25,563 nucleotides of DNA, taken from the IMG/VR virus record IMGVR_UViG_3300044513_000282, positions 1-25,563 of that record. The stretch is one strand, 5' to 3'. This DNA comes from a virus. Lineage: Duplodnaviria > Caudoviricetes. The translations under genes and the position numbers were made by a program. Below the pieces are notes generated by a model, which was not told the origin of the DNA, did not search any database, and worked only from the letters and a program-made list of their open reading frames with translations. Shown here in pieces: positions 17,010 to 25,559 of this stretch; the stretch's first letter is position 1, and the number at the start of each line of letters is the position of its first letter.

Positions 17010-17345
17010 GTTTTTTGCTACGTCCTCATCGCTTGGAGTGTTATCACTAATAGTTGTGATAATACGAGATAGAACGTCAGGGTCTACTGATCGCAAAAGC
17101 TCATTCTTCTCGGCCTTCCTGAATACAGGATTGCCTTCTTCGTCAATTAGACGATAGATCAGGGTTAGAGCCATCGCTTCGGCGCTTTTGCCAGCGTTGC
17201 TCAGTTCCATGATCTCGCCTAGCTTGGCTAGAGAGATAGATGGCTTGGCATACAAAGTAGAGTCCCACTCGGGGACTTCTACCTTGATCGGCTCTTGATT
17301 GATTATATTGGTGTAGTGCTTTTTAGCCTTATCCAATACGCTCAT
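17007..17345 (-). CDS. Tail assembly chaperone (gpG-like)
   Basis: Between the tail tube and tape measure genes; VEVPEW and DEEGNPVF motifs; ends at a slippery site. Confidence 0.85.
   Translation of the reverse strand: MSVLDKAKKHYTNIINQEPIKVEVPEWDSTLYAKPSISLAKLGEIMELSNAGKSAEAMALTLIYRLIDEEGNPVFRKAEKNELLRSVDPDVLSRIITTISDNTPSDEDVAKN
17010..17016 (-). promoter_or_regulatory. -1 programmed ribosomal frameshift heptamer A AAA AAC
   Basis: GCA AAA AAC TAA ends the gpG-like gene; it fits X XXY YYZ and the -1 frame is open. Confidence 0.8.
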
Positions 17346-17346
17346 A

Positions 17347-17739
17347 TTAAGCTACCGTAGTGCTAGTCAGTGCGCCTGTACCCTGTAGGCTGATAGAGCC
17401 TTCAAGCATACCGTCGAAGCTCGCGCTTAGGTTGTTAGCCGTGACAATCGCTGAACCTGTCTTATACGAATCGCCAGAAGTCTCGCCTTCGTAGTAGACG
17501 TTCAAAGTCACCTCAGAACCTACAGTCAAAGCGCCCTGACCTGTTGCATCAGTCTCGTCAATGTAGACATCTGCGCTTGCAGTCCAGCTCTTAAGGCTAG
17601 GCTTGTGAGTGCGATAAGTATCGCCCATTACGGTATCTTCTACCGTGTCACCAGTTTCTTCGATTGAGTATGAACGAACTTCAGCAATCGCGTTCGACCC
17701 AACCTTAATTGTACCTTCGTTACCAGTATGAGTAGCCAT
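17347..17739 (-). CDS. Major tail tube protein
   Basis: GNEGTIKVG, EDTVMGD, LKSWTAS, SISLQGTGAL; GAGG SD upstream; canonical position. Confidence 0.85.
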   Translation of the reverse strand: MATHTGNEGTIKVGSNAIAEVRSYSIEETGDTVEDTVMGDTYRTHKPSLKSWTASADVYIDETDATGQGALTVGSEVTLNVYYEGETSGDSYKTGSAIVTANNLSASFDGMLEGSISLQGTGALTSTTVA

Positions 17740-17740
17740 G

Positions 17741-17905
17741 CTAAACCTCGTCCTCTTCAGTTAATTCAACAATTTCTATCTTCTTTGCCTTCTTAGGCGC
17801 TGCTGGCTTTTCTTCTAGCCAACCCTTCTTCTTCAATGATTCTACCTGATCTTTCCAGACTGTGATTTCTTCACCGCCTTGAAATACTTTAACTCGATTG
17901 CTCAT
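17741..17905 (-). CDS. Small hypothetical protein, 54 aa
   Basis: Not in the ORF track. MSNRVKVFQGGEEITVWKDQVESLKKKGWLEEKPAAPKKAKKIEIVELTEEDEV fills the gap exactly and has GAGGT upstream. Confidence 0.7.
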   Translation of the reverse strand: MSNRVKVFQGGEEITVWKDQVESLKKKGWLEEKPAAPKKAKKIEIVELTEEDEV

Positions 17906-17907
17906 AA

Positions 17908-18351
17908 CTACCTCGCAGTCTCTGCGTCAGATTCTTGCGTAGAGTATAATACCTGAACCGTAAATGTAGCAGAAGCAACTGGGATGTCACCATCTCCACT
18001 GTATTCCGCTTCAAACGCTGTAACCTTTGTGTCTTTAGCAAAGCCACCTCGGGTCAGATCAGTGTATAAGGCTTCTTCAATCTCAACAGCTATAGCGTCA
18101 ATCTGAGAATCGTAGTCAGATAGCGCTTGAACATAAGCCTCAATTATAACATTTAATTGCCTGAGTAGCGTTCTAGGTCTCACGTTTGTTGCGTAGTCTA
18201 TCTCTTCTGACTTCGTGTATACCGTCAGTCCTGGCAGTTTGTTAGCCGCCAGAGGATAGACCCTAGACCTATAGACATTGCTGCCAGTGGTCGTCAGCCC
18301 AGTAAGTGTGGTGACTATGTTGTCCCGAATAGACTTACGAACGTGGCTCAC
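17908..18351 (-). CDS. Tail terminator protein (gpU-like)
   Basis: SHVRKSIRD, NVYRSRVYP, LPGLTVY, IEEAL..D.T.GG; GTG start overlapping the upstream stop; position before the tail tube. Confidence 0.75.
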   Translation of the reverse strand: MSHVRKSIRDNIVTTLTGLTTTGSNVYRSRVYPLAANKLPGLTVYTKSEEIDYATNVRPRTLLRQLNVIIEAYVQALSDYDSQIDAIAVEIEEALYTDLTRGGFAKDTKVTAFEAEYSGDGDIPVASATFTVQVLYSTQESDAETAR

Positions 18352-18653
18352 TGCTTCTCCAGCATCATTTCGGTCATCCCAGTGCCATCAGGCATGATAA
18401 CTCGAATCTTATAGGCTACATCGCCAACTTCTAAGTCGTCGCCCTCAGTAACGTCTAAAACATCAGCAGAGCGACAGTAAAACCGAGGTCTGGTTATTGC
18501 AAAGTCCATAGTTCCGCCAGCATTAACAGATTCATAGTCGTTATCAAATACACCACGAACTGTCCTGTGTGAGCTACTAGCAGGGTCAAATATGGCATCA
18601 ACGCCAAAGTCTGCAAGCATTAAGGCTCTGTCTGCTGCGGTTTCTACTGTCAC
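18348..18653 (-). CDS. Head-tail joining / head closure protein (gpFII-like)
   Basis: LADFG, VRGVFD, GDDLEV...YKIRVIMPDGTGMT; position after the capsid gene. Confidence 0.75.
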   Translation of the reverse strand: MTVETAADRALMLADFGVDAIFDPASSSHRTVRGVFDNDYESVNAGGTMDFAITRPRFYCRSADVLDVTEGDDLEVGDVAYKIRVIMPDGTGMTEMMLEKQ

Positions 18654-18856
18654 TTAGCGACTCGTCCTCGGCGCTTTGGTTGCTCAACAGAAGTCTCTAA
18701 ACCTACTGATCGATCAACCTTAATTTCTGGCTCACGGGCAGGGATTATACGCCCCATGCCTAATAGCCCATTTACATCTTCTACTACTTCTACTACGTCA
18801 CCTTTTTGCCGAGCTACTCGGTCGATTACGCAGTTCTTTAATACTTCATACTTCAT
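18650..18856 (-). CDS. Small post-capsid hypothetical protein, 68 aa
   Basis: GGAGG SD at 18861-18865; KGDVVEV...LLGMGRI pattern and a basic tail. Confidence 0.75.
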   Translation of the reverse strand: MKYEVLKNCVIDRVARQKGDVVEVVEDVNGLLGMGRIIPAREPEIKVDRSVGLETSVEQPKRRGRVAK

Positions 18857-18868
18857 AAAGCCTCCAAT

Positions 18869-18897
18869 GGAAAAGGGGCGAGCCTAAACCCGCCCCC
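18869..18897 (-). terminator. Rho-independent terminator after the capsid gene
   Basis: Minus strand reads GGGGCGGG-TTTAGG-CTCGCCCC followed by TTTTCC, about 12 nt after the capsid stop. The short U tract suggests partial read-through. Confidence 0.75.
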
Positions 18898-18909
18898 ATC
18901 CAGACTTAC

Positions 18910-21186
18910 TTACGCTCCGTCGTTACCGAATGCGAAGCTAACAGCATGACGTACTGCTACGTCTACACTCTGCAAGGCAACTACACGGATAGTACCAGTA
19001 GTTGATGCAGTGTATGGGTCTACTACGATGTCTAGGCCACCGAACATACCGATCAGGAGGTCAGAGAAGTTACCGAAATAGAGGTTACCAGCAGTCGCTT
19101 GGTTAGAAACGATTGCGCGGTAGCCGTTCATAGTGCCACCTGGCTCAACAACGAACTGAGCTGTGCCAGAGGCTTTCTCAGTAGTCTTGAGTGCGCCGTA
19201 CATACCCGCAGGGAGAATGTAAGACAGGTTACCCATCAGAGCGTTGTCTTCAGCTATCGCAGTCTCTAATGTAACCACTTCAGCAAAAGTTGGGTTAGGG
19301 TTAGCGAATGAAGTAACAGTATTAACACCAGAAGTGCTAAGAATACCTGTAGGCGCTCCGCTTGTACCAGCACCTTCCAAGCCAGCCTTATCAATAGTAA
19401 GAGCCATAGCCGATGTGAGGTCGTTACGGATAAGAGCCTCAACGTCCAAAGAGCTTTGGATAAGTAGCTGACGAGTAACGTCAGTAAACGCACCAAGAGT
19501 CTTAGGAGTCATTGACACCTGACCGACAGTCATTTCGCTTTCAGCAGCCGCGCCACCTTCAGTAGCAATCCAAGCAGCAGTTGCAGCAGCAGTCTTCTTG
19601 GGGATTTTGACATCGCCAGAAAGACCAGACAGCATAGTTGCGCCAGCTTGCATTACGCTTGAAGCGTTACGCAGTACATCAATGAAGTCACCACCACGGA
19701 AATCATCACCGAAGATCGCTGCATCGTCAGAAGAGTTCAGGTCACGTTTCCAGTTCTTCATAACTTCAGCAGGAAGCATAATGCCCTGAGCTGAACGACC
19801 ATAAGCCTCAGATGCAGCGCGTGATGCCTCGAACTCGAACGCAGCAGCTTCTTGAGCGCGACGATCAGTTGGGTTAGCAAGTGCGTGGATAGCGCGAACC
19901 ATTGAGAAACGTTGAATTTCTTTCTTGGTCATGCCGATGTCTTGTGACTCAAGAGCACGTTCGCTACCGACCGCCTCAAGAACCTGACCACGGAACTCTT
20001 CGATTGATGTACCTGATGCAATAGCTTTCTCAGCTAGATCAGCTTGATTGTGGCGCTTGCCAAGCTCAAGGATTTGGCTTGCATTCTTTTGGGCAGACTG
20101 ACGGGCTGAAGCCTCTACTGCCGCGATATCAACTTCTGACATAGTAATGTCCTCTACATAAGTTACGATTTCGGGTTTTTTTGGCTGCTCGCTAGACCTA
20201 CCCACGCCAACTGTCACATCAGCGGGAATTGATACCAGGCTTGCTTCCATAGGTCTCCAAGACTTAGCGATATACGTTTCGCTGTTCCTAGAGTCTTTTT
20301 GCATCTTGCTGATCGAATAACCAACACTGATATTAGCGCGTATTCCATCAACTACATCTGTGAAAGCCTCACTAGCAAGTGCGCCTTTTCCAAAGCGTAC
20401 CGTCGCCCGTAGTCTACGAGCCGAGCCGTCGAGTTCCACCGATTCTATTACGCCTATCTGCTTCTCAGGGTCATGATCTAGCAGCAGTGGCGCTCGTCCA
20501 GAGGCGAGGAATGAAAGATCAATCGCCTCCGCACTATGTTCTAACACCTCGTTGCCGAATGACCTAGCAACAGGCTCTTCTGAAGAGATAGCAATGCGTA
20601 CAGTGCGAGACTCTTCGTTAATTGGGTCTGCCTCAACAGCCATCGCTCGATGAACGACTTCTACTGACGCTTTGCGCTCTTCAGTTTGTTCTGCGACCGC
20701 TTCAACGACCTCTTCTTGCCGCTCTTCTGCGACAACCGCTACTTCTTCTACAGTAGCTTCGATTTCTTCGCTCATATCCCGCTCCTCAGATGCAGGGTTA
20801 TTTTCAGTGTCCATTCTAACACACTCCAATTCTTCAGATCGCTCATCTATTGACTCAAGTCTAGCAACAATACGGTCTGCAAATGACTTTCCAGAATCGC
20901 CGCCCCATAACTCCCACGCTATACGTCCAGCACTAGGAAAACCTTCTTCGCCGCTAGAGAAGCCCTCTGCTTGCTTATCAACCTCGTGACGAGCAAAGTA
21001 AGACTTCATGCGCTTTACCGTGTCAATGCTGAGATTAACACGATTCACAATATCTCTAGCGCGAGCGACACCTACCTCAGTACCACCGCGACCGTACTCT
21101 TCACGCCACTCTAAGCCCTTACGAGCGTTAGATACCATGCTGTCGCTAGGCTTCGTGTTTATTTCTACGCCTTTATACGTTGGCAT
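18910..21186 (-). CDS. Fused N-terminal domain, HK97-type prohead protease and major capsid protein
   Basis: Protease motifs PLLLDHD, IGVIE, NISVGY, MEASLVSIPADVTVGVGR. Capsid motifs IDVLRNASSV, VKIPK, MTPKTLGA, PTGIL, YFGNFSD, DVAVRHAVSF. Likely start ATG 21186 (GGTGA upstream); the ORF track start is 21198. Confidence 0.9.
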   Translation of the reverse strand: MPTYKGVEINTKPSDSMVSNARKGLEWREEYGRGGTEVGVARARDIVNRVNLSIDTVKRMKSYFARHEVDKQAEGFSSGEEGFPSAGRIAWELWGGDSGKSFADRIVARLESIDERSEELECVRMDTENNPASEERDMSEEIEATVEEVAVVAEERQEEVVEAVAEQTEERKASVEVVHRAMAVEADPINEESRTVRIAISSEEPVARSFGNEVLEHSAEAIDLSFLASGRAPLLLDHDPEKQIGVIESVELDGSARRLRATVRFGKGALASEAFTDVVDGIRANISVGYSISKMQKDSRNSETYIAKSWRPMEASLVSIPADVTVGVGRSSEQPKKPEIVTYVEDITMSEVDIAAVEASARQSAQKNASQILELGKRHNQADLAEKAIASGTSIEEFRGQVLEAVGSERALESQDIGMTKKEIQRFSMVRAIHALANPTDRRAQEAAAFEFEASRAASEAYGRSAQGIMLPAEVMKNWKRDLNSSDDAAIFGDDFRGGDFIDVLRNASSVMQAGATMLSGLSGDVKIPKKTAAATAAWIATEGGAAAESEMTVGQVSMTPKTLGAFTDVTRQLLIQSSLDVEALIRNDLTSAMALTIDKAGLEGAGTSGAPTGILSTSGVNTVTSFANPNPTFAEVVTLETAIAEDNALMGNLSYILPAGMYGALKTTEKASGTAQFVVEPGGTMNGYRAIVSNQATAGNLYFGNFSDLLIGMFGGLDIVVDPYTASTTGTIRVVALQSVDVAVRHAVSFAFGNDGA

Positions 21187-22669
21187 CGTTTTCACCATCG
21201 TCGCTAGTTATGTCGGGTATTACACCAACCTGAGTGGCTGCGTAAGGCTCTAATGCGTACTTGATGCCAAACTGCTCGGCTAGTAGCTTGTCACGAGCTA
21301 TCTGAGACATCAGTTCTTCAGCGTCTTTACCGTACTGGCTCGCTACATCCTGAATACTTAAGATACCGTTCTTGAGTCCTACTACAGATGCGTTCATCTC
21401 TTTTAGCGGGTCAATCCAAGACCAGCCTTTACCACGGAACTCAGATGCAGCAGCAAACCTGTCGTACTGACGTAGAGGAATGCCGAAGTTGTTCATTTCC
21501 ATTGATGATTCTAACCAAGCCTCGAATATAGGTCGGACAAAATGGTCGATCATGAACTGCTGAGTGTCACGGTAGAAATCACGCTCTTCGAGTGCGCCCT
21601 GACGAATAGATGAGTAGCTAGTGGCCTCTAAGTCGTTAGACAGAGACGTATAACTGACTCCAAGGGCTGAAGCGATGCTCTTTAACACTGACTTATGGAA
21701 GCTCTCGAACTCATTGTTAGGGTTCTGAGGGTCGAAGGCTTGAAAATTAACGCCAGTAGGCAACTGATGGAATGAACCTGGCTCTGCGTCCATGATAGGG
21801 ACGTTATTGTCTAGGTCATCTGGCACAAAACCGTCACCACCTGCGCTAGTGAAGAAGCCCATCTTGCTCGCTCCTACACGAGCTGCGACCAATGCTGCCT
21901 CAATGTAAGCACCTAATTGCTTTAATCCAGCCATTGCAGGAGATAGCCAAGGCTCTCCGCGAGTCTGACCTGCCCTTAGCGGTATAAATATATGCAATAC
22001 TCGCTCTGCGGGTATTCTTAAGGTCTTAGGTGACACAGACATCGTAGTGAAGTCGTAATCGCCTGGATGATAAGTCTTAAAGTGATAAGCAATAGGCTTC
22101 TTGAACTTATTTAACTCAACACCCATCCTGATTTCGTTGCCGTTAGACAGTTTTTCGTTCTTTGTCTCGTCAACTTGGTCAGATTCAATAAATTCTATGG
22201 CAAATGAGTCTTTGAATGCTGCGCCTCGGTGTTTGACGATAAATACCTCGCCATCACGCGCAAGAGTCTCCAAAGCCAGTTTTTGAGCGTCAACCCAGCT
22301 CAATTTGCCGTCTACAGTGGGATTTCCTGTTCTTCCCCACTGCATAAACGCAGATTCAACCGCAGAATTGCCCGTCACATCAAGATTACCGACCGAATCA
22401 AGTGCTTTCACCTGCAAACCGAAGCCTTTGCCGCCAATCACGTTGGTCTTAAGCAGGGACATATATCGCTTTGCATATGAATTATTGCGCACTAAATCGC
22501 GTGATCTCGAACGTATAGTCTTGAGTACGGGACTTAATTCGCTGTCAGCAGACCTTTCTGATGCCTTAAAATCGGCAAATAACCGACCTGGATTAGCAGC
22601 AGCGTAAGATCGTTTGAAGACTTTGGGTTCTGGCTTAGTCTTTCTACGGAAAGCGTCAAAGAGCGCCAT
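21173..22669 (-). CDS. Portal protein, lambda gpB family
   Basis: RSRSRDLVRNN, RDGEVF, IRMGVE, RAGQTRGEPW, SYSSIRQG, WIDPLKE. Confidence 0.92.
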   Translation of the reverse strand: MALFDAFRRKTKPEPKVFKRSYAAANPGRLFADFKASERSADSELSPVLKTIRSRSRDLVRNNSYAKRYMSLLKTNVIGGKGFGLQVKALDSVGNLDVTGNSAVESAFMQWGRTGNPTVDGKLSWVDAQKLALETLARDGEVFIVKHRGAAFKDSFAIEFIESDQVDETKNEKLSNGNEIRMGVELNKFKKPIAYHFKTYHPGDYDFTTMSVSPKTLRIPAERVLHIFIPLRAGQTRGEPWLSPAMAGLKQLGAYIEAALVAARVGASKMGFFTSAGGDGFVPDDLDNNVPIMDAEPGSFHQLPTGVNFQAFDPQNPNNEFESFHKSVLKSIASALGVSYTSLSNDLEATSYSSIRQGALEERDFYRDTQQFMIDHFVRPIFEAWLESSMEMNNFGIPLRQYDRFAAASEFRGKGWSWIDPLKEMNASVVGLKNGILSIQDVASQYGKDAEELMSQIARDKLLAEQFGIKYALEPYAATQVGVIPDITSDDGENDANV

Positions 22670-23251
22670 CTAAAACCTCACTTGGATAGTAGACTTGCCC
22701 TTTCTGCCGTTCTTGGCATCTTCAGCAGCCTTTTCACGCATTGCTTCAGCTCGGTAGTAGTCTCTAGCTTCGAGTAGCTCCGCAAAGCTCATCTTAGTCA
22801 ATGACCTACCTGCTATCGAATATGATGAGACATCTGAGTCAGCTTTGCCGCTCAATACGCTCTCTATCTTACTGACCATGATCTGAGCATGACTGCGAAT
22901 ATCGCTACCAGGTATATCAAGATCAGCTTTAACCGTAAATGTACCACGACCCAAGACAATCCTAGCAGAGTCTGAATTACGAACTATCTCTTTCTGCCAT
23001 TGATAAATGCCAGGAGAGTAAGACGCAGACGCAGTGCTAGTCGCTGTAACTAGGTAATGGTTAGATTGACCTGTAGCTACTATCTGGAACTCGTCACGAG
23101 CGCCAGAGATTCTAGCAGTGTAGGTTAGAGTATAAGAGTCAGTTGGGTAATCATCTACAAGGTCAGACACCTTCCACTGGATAAAGTCACCCGCTACAAT
23201 CTCTAGCGGTTCGCCTTCAGGAGCATTGGTTGCGTCAAACAGATTAGACAT
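22670..23251 (-). CDS. Head-tail connector, gpW-like C-terminus with an N-terminal extension
   Basis: Lies between TerL and portal as lambda W does; C-terminal SSYSIAGRSLTKMSFAELLEARDYY. Confidence 0.65.
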   Translation of the reverse strand: MSNLFDATNAPEGEPLEIVAGDFIQWKVSDLVDDYPTDSYTLTYTARISGARDEFQIVATGQSNHYLVTATSTASASYSPGIYQWQKEIVRNSDSARIVLGRGTFTVKADLDIPGSDIRSHAQIMVSKIESVLSGKADSDVSSYSIAGRSLTKMSFAELLEARDYYRAEAMREKAAEDAKNGRKGKSTIQVRF

Positions 23252-23254
23252 AGT

Positions 23255-25081
23255 TTACCGCCATGAATTGATAAAGCCGCGCCCCGTCTTTGGTATAAAC
23301 GGAGGTCTTTGCGGAGTCTGTTTCGGTGTCTCCGATACTTCACGCCCCACTTTGTCAGCTAAGGCATTGACATTGATACCAAGTATAGCATACGCCGCTA
23401 TAGCATACACGAAGCAGTCCAGAGCTTCATTCCTAGTACGGGTTTTCTGAAACATACGCTTCTTGAAGCCCCTGTGATACCTAGTCACGATCTTCTCAGC
23501 CGTTAGCTGCTTATAATACTCTTCTGGCAGATGATCGGAGAAGTGAATATAGCTTGCGCCTTCATCCTGTACCCTTAAACGCCCGAAAAGCATATCTTTA
23601 GCAGTGTCTACACCGACAGGGAAGAGATTACACTTGCCTATATTGTTCTTTGATGGTCTTCCGACAATAGCCCTGCCCTCTCCACCTACACCTTTGATCG
23701 CAAAAACCCTTCTGCCAGCGTTCTTCTTAGCGTAGGAATAGACCGCATTTGTATAGTGACCACCTGAGTCAATGCAGGTAGCCCTTATGGGCAGGTCTCT
23801 ACCGTCATGGCTTGGATATGTTTTGAATAGATGAGTATCGAGAGATGTCCATAGATGAGGTGTAGAAGGGTCGCCGTAGAGGATTATATGGTCAATCACC
23901 CACGATTCGTCATCTCTGCCCCATCCGATAACGCTTAACTCTAGTCGGTCGTCCTGTACGTCTACCCCGCAAGTCAGAAAGATGACTTCTTCAGGTATCT
24001 TCTGCTCAAAAGCCTCAGCTCGCTCCATCAGGTTAAACTCGTCTATCGCTTCACCCTGATCTTCCCAAGACTCGCCCAAATAGGTATTAGTCCACACCTT
24101 TAGCTGCTCGGGGTTCTTCTTAACTAACAGGAAGTCACGGACACCCTCAGAAAGTGGAGTCCACGGGCTGTATAACGCTGATATAGCAAACCCAGCTACA
24201 CCATTAAACTCAGCAGTGGCGACCCAGTGGCCTTCCTTAACCGATTTTCTACGGTCAGAGTCAGACCATAATACAGAGCATTCCTCACATTGGTACTTCG
24301 CTGTGTCAGGATTGGAGTCTGTCCATTGGACATTTGCCCATCTCAGAGTCTGCTCGTGTCCGCAATGCTGACATGGGACGTAGTATTTCCGTTGGTCAGA
24401 CTTCTCAAATGCGTCCTCAATCCTCGATGCGCCCTTGTTAGTAGGAGTAGACACCATGATTATGCGTCTATTCCAAAAGGTAGAGGCTCGCTTTCTAGCC
24501 AGTTGAATAGGGTCGCCTTCCGAACCCGCCGAAGTAGGATATCTGTCAACCTCGTCACATAGGACTAAACGAATAGGACGCGAGGCCAGACCTGATGGGC
24601 TGTTTGCGCCTACTAGAGTGATAGAACCGCCAGGGAATATCTTATGCAATGTAGTATTCCCAGAGTCTCTTGATCTAGGCGACTTCACCTTGTCCTTAAG
24701 ACACGGAGTAGACGCAAGCAAGCCATTAGCAACTCGGTCTTTAGAGAAGGACTGCGCCATGTCTAGGCTAGGCTGTAACATGAGAATAGGAGAAGGGTCG
24801 TTGTCTATGTGATAGCCAATGATATTAAGCAAAGCCTCAGACTTGCCTAATTGCGCCGCAGACATAATCACGACCTCTACGTTCTTAGGGTCGCAGCAAG
24901 CGTCCATCATGCCCCGCTGATATTCAGCTCTTGAGGTATGCCACCGTCCTGGCTCAGAGCTACTTTGAGCGTCCAGCCTTCTTTCGCGGTCTGCCCACTG
25001 GCTTACTGTCAGCTTTGGTGGTGGCTTTAGGACTATTCTCGCTTTCAATAGGCTCTGCTTGATGTTGCCCGTCACCTGCAT
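23255..25081 (-). CDS. terL: Terminase large subunit, lambda GpA family
   Basis: VSQWAD, Walker A SAAQLGKS, Walker B LVLCDEVDRY, STPT, CQHC/CEEC, nuclease motifs GVDVQDDR and IDSGGH, RNEALDC. Confidence 0.95.
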   Translation of the reverse strand: MQVTGNIKQSLLKARIVLKPPPKLTVSQWADRERRLDAQSSSEPGRWHTSRAEYQRGMMDACCDPKNVEVVIMSAAQLGKSEALLNIIGYHIDNDPSPILMLQPSLDMAQSFSKDRVANGLLASTPCLKDKVKSPRSRDSGNTTLHKIFPGGSITLVGANSPSGLASRPIRLVLCDEVDRYPTSAGSEGDPIQLARKRASTFWNRRIIMVSTPTNKGASRIEDAFEKSDQRKYYVPCQHCGHEQTLRWANVQWTDSNPDTAKYQCEECSVLWSDSDRRKSVKEGHWVATAEFNGVAGFAISALYSPWTPLSEGVRDFLLVKKNPEQLKVWTNTYLGESWEDQGEAIDEFNLMERAEAFEQKIPEEVIFLTCGVDVQDDRLELSVIGWGRDDESWVIDHIILYGDPSTPHLWTSLDTHLFKTYPSHDGRDLPIRATCIDSGGHYTNAVYSYAKKNAGRRVFAIKGVGGEGRAIVGRPSKNNIGKCNLFPVGVDTAKDMLFGRLRVQDEGASYIHFSDHLPEEYYKQLTAEKIVTRYHRGFKKRMFQKTRTRNEALDCFVYAIAAYAILGINVNALADKVGREVSETPKQTPQRPPFIPKTGRGFINSWR

Positions 25082-25559
25082 AATTAGCTAACTCTTGTAA
25101 TGCTTCTCTGATGTAGTCGTCAATGAGGTCTTGTACCTCGGCTGGGTTATCCATATCTGATACTAGAGTGGCGAGCTTTGACGGTATAGAAAGTAGCTTC
25201 CCCTTCATGTCCATCAACTGCGATTGCCACTCCTGTACTACTGCGTCTACACGAACCAACTCGCCAGATAGCTCCGATACTTCCATTTCAGCTTTGTCTG
25301 CTTGCGCCTTGGTTAGACGAGCCTTCTCTACTTGGAAGTCATGCCCTTCCTCGGAGGTAGATTGACGCTTGTTTGCGTCCAAGACATTACGAACCGTCTC
25401 AATTAGATCGTAAGTGCCGTGAGAAGGCTGAACTATTAAGCCTCGCTTTCTGTAGCCCGAGATTTGCGGAGCTTGAACATTGAGCGCGTACTCGATCATG
25501 TCGGAGTTACACAGAACTTTGTTCTGAACTATCTGTAGTGGGTCTATTTTCTTTGCCAT
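24960..25559 (-). CDS. terS: Terminase small subunit, Nu1-like
   Basis: Directly upstream of TerL; YDL..TV followed by coiled coil EKARLTKAQADKAEME...GELV...LLSIP. Confidence 0.85.
   Translation of the reverse strand: MAKKIDPLQIVQNKVLCNSDMIEYALNVQAPQISGYRKRGLIVQPSHGTYDLIETVRNVLDANKRQSTSEEGHDFQVEKARLTKAQADKAEMEVSELSGELVRVDAVVQEWQSQLMDMKGKLLSIPSKLATLVSDMDNPAEVQDLIDDYIREALQELANYAGDGQHQAEPIESENSPKATTKADSKPVGRPRKKAGRSK

Noticed and set aside
1069-25365. All plus-strand ORFs in the track (60-117 aa)
   Set aside because: They lie antisense to well-supported minus-strand genes, have no recognisable motifs, and read like reverse-frame shadows.
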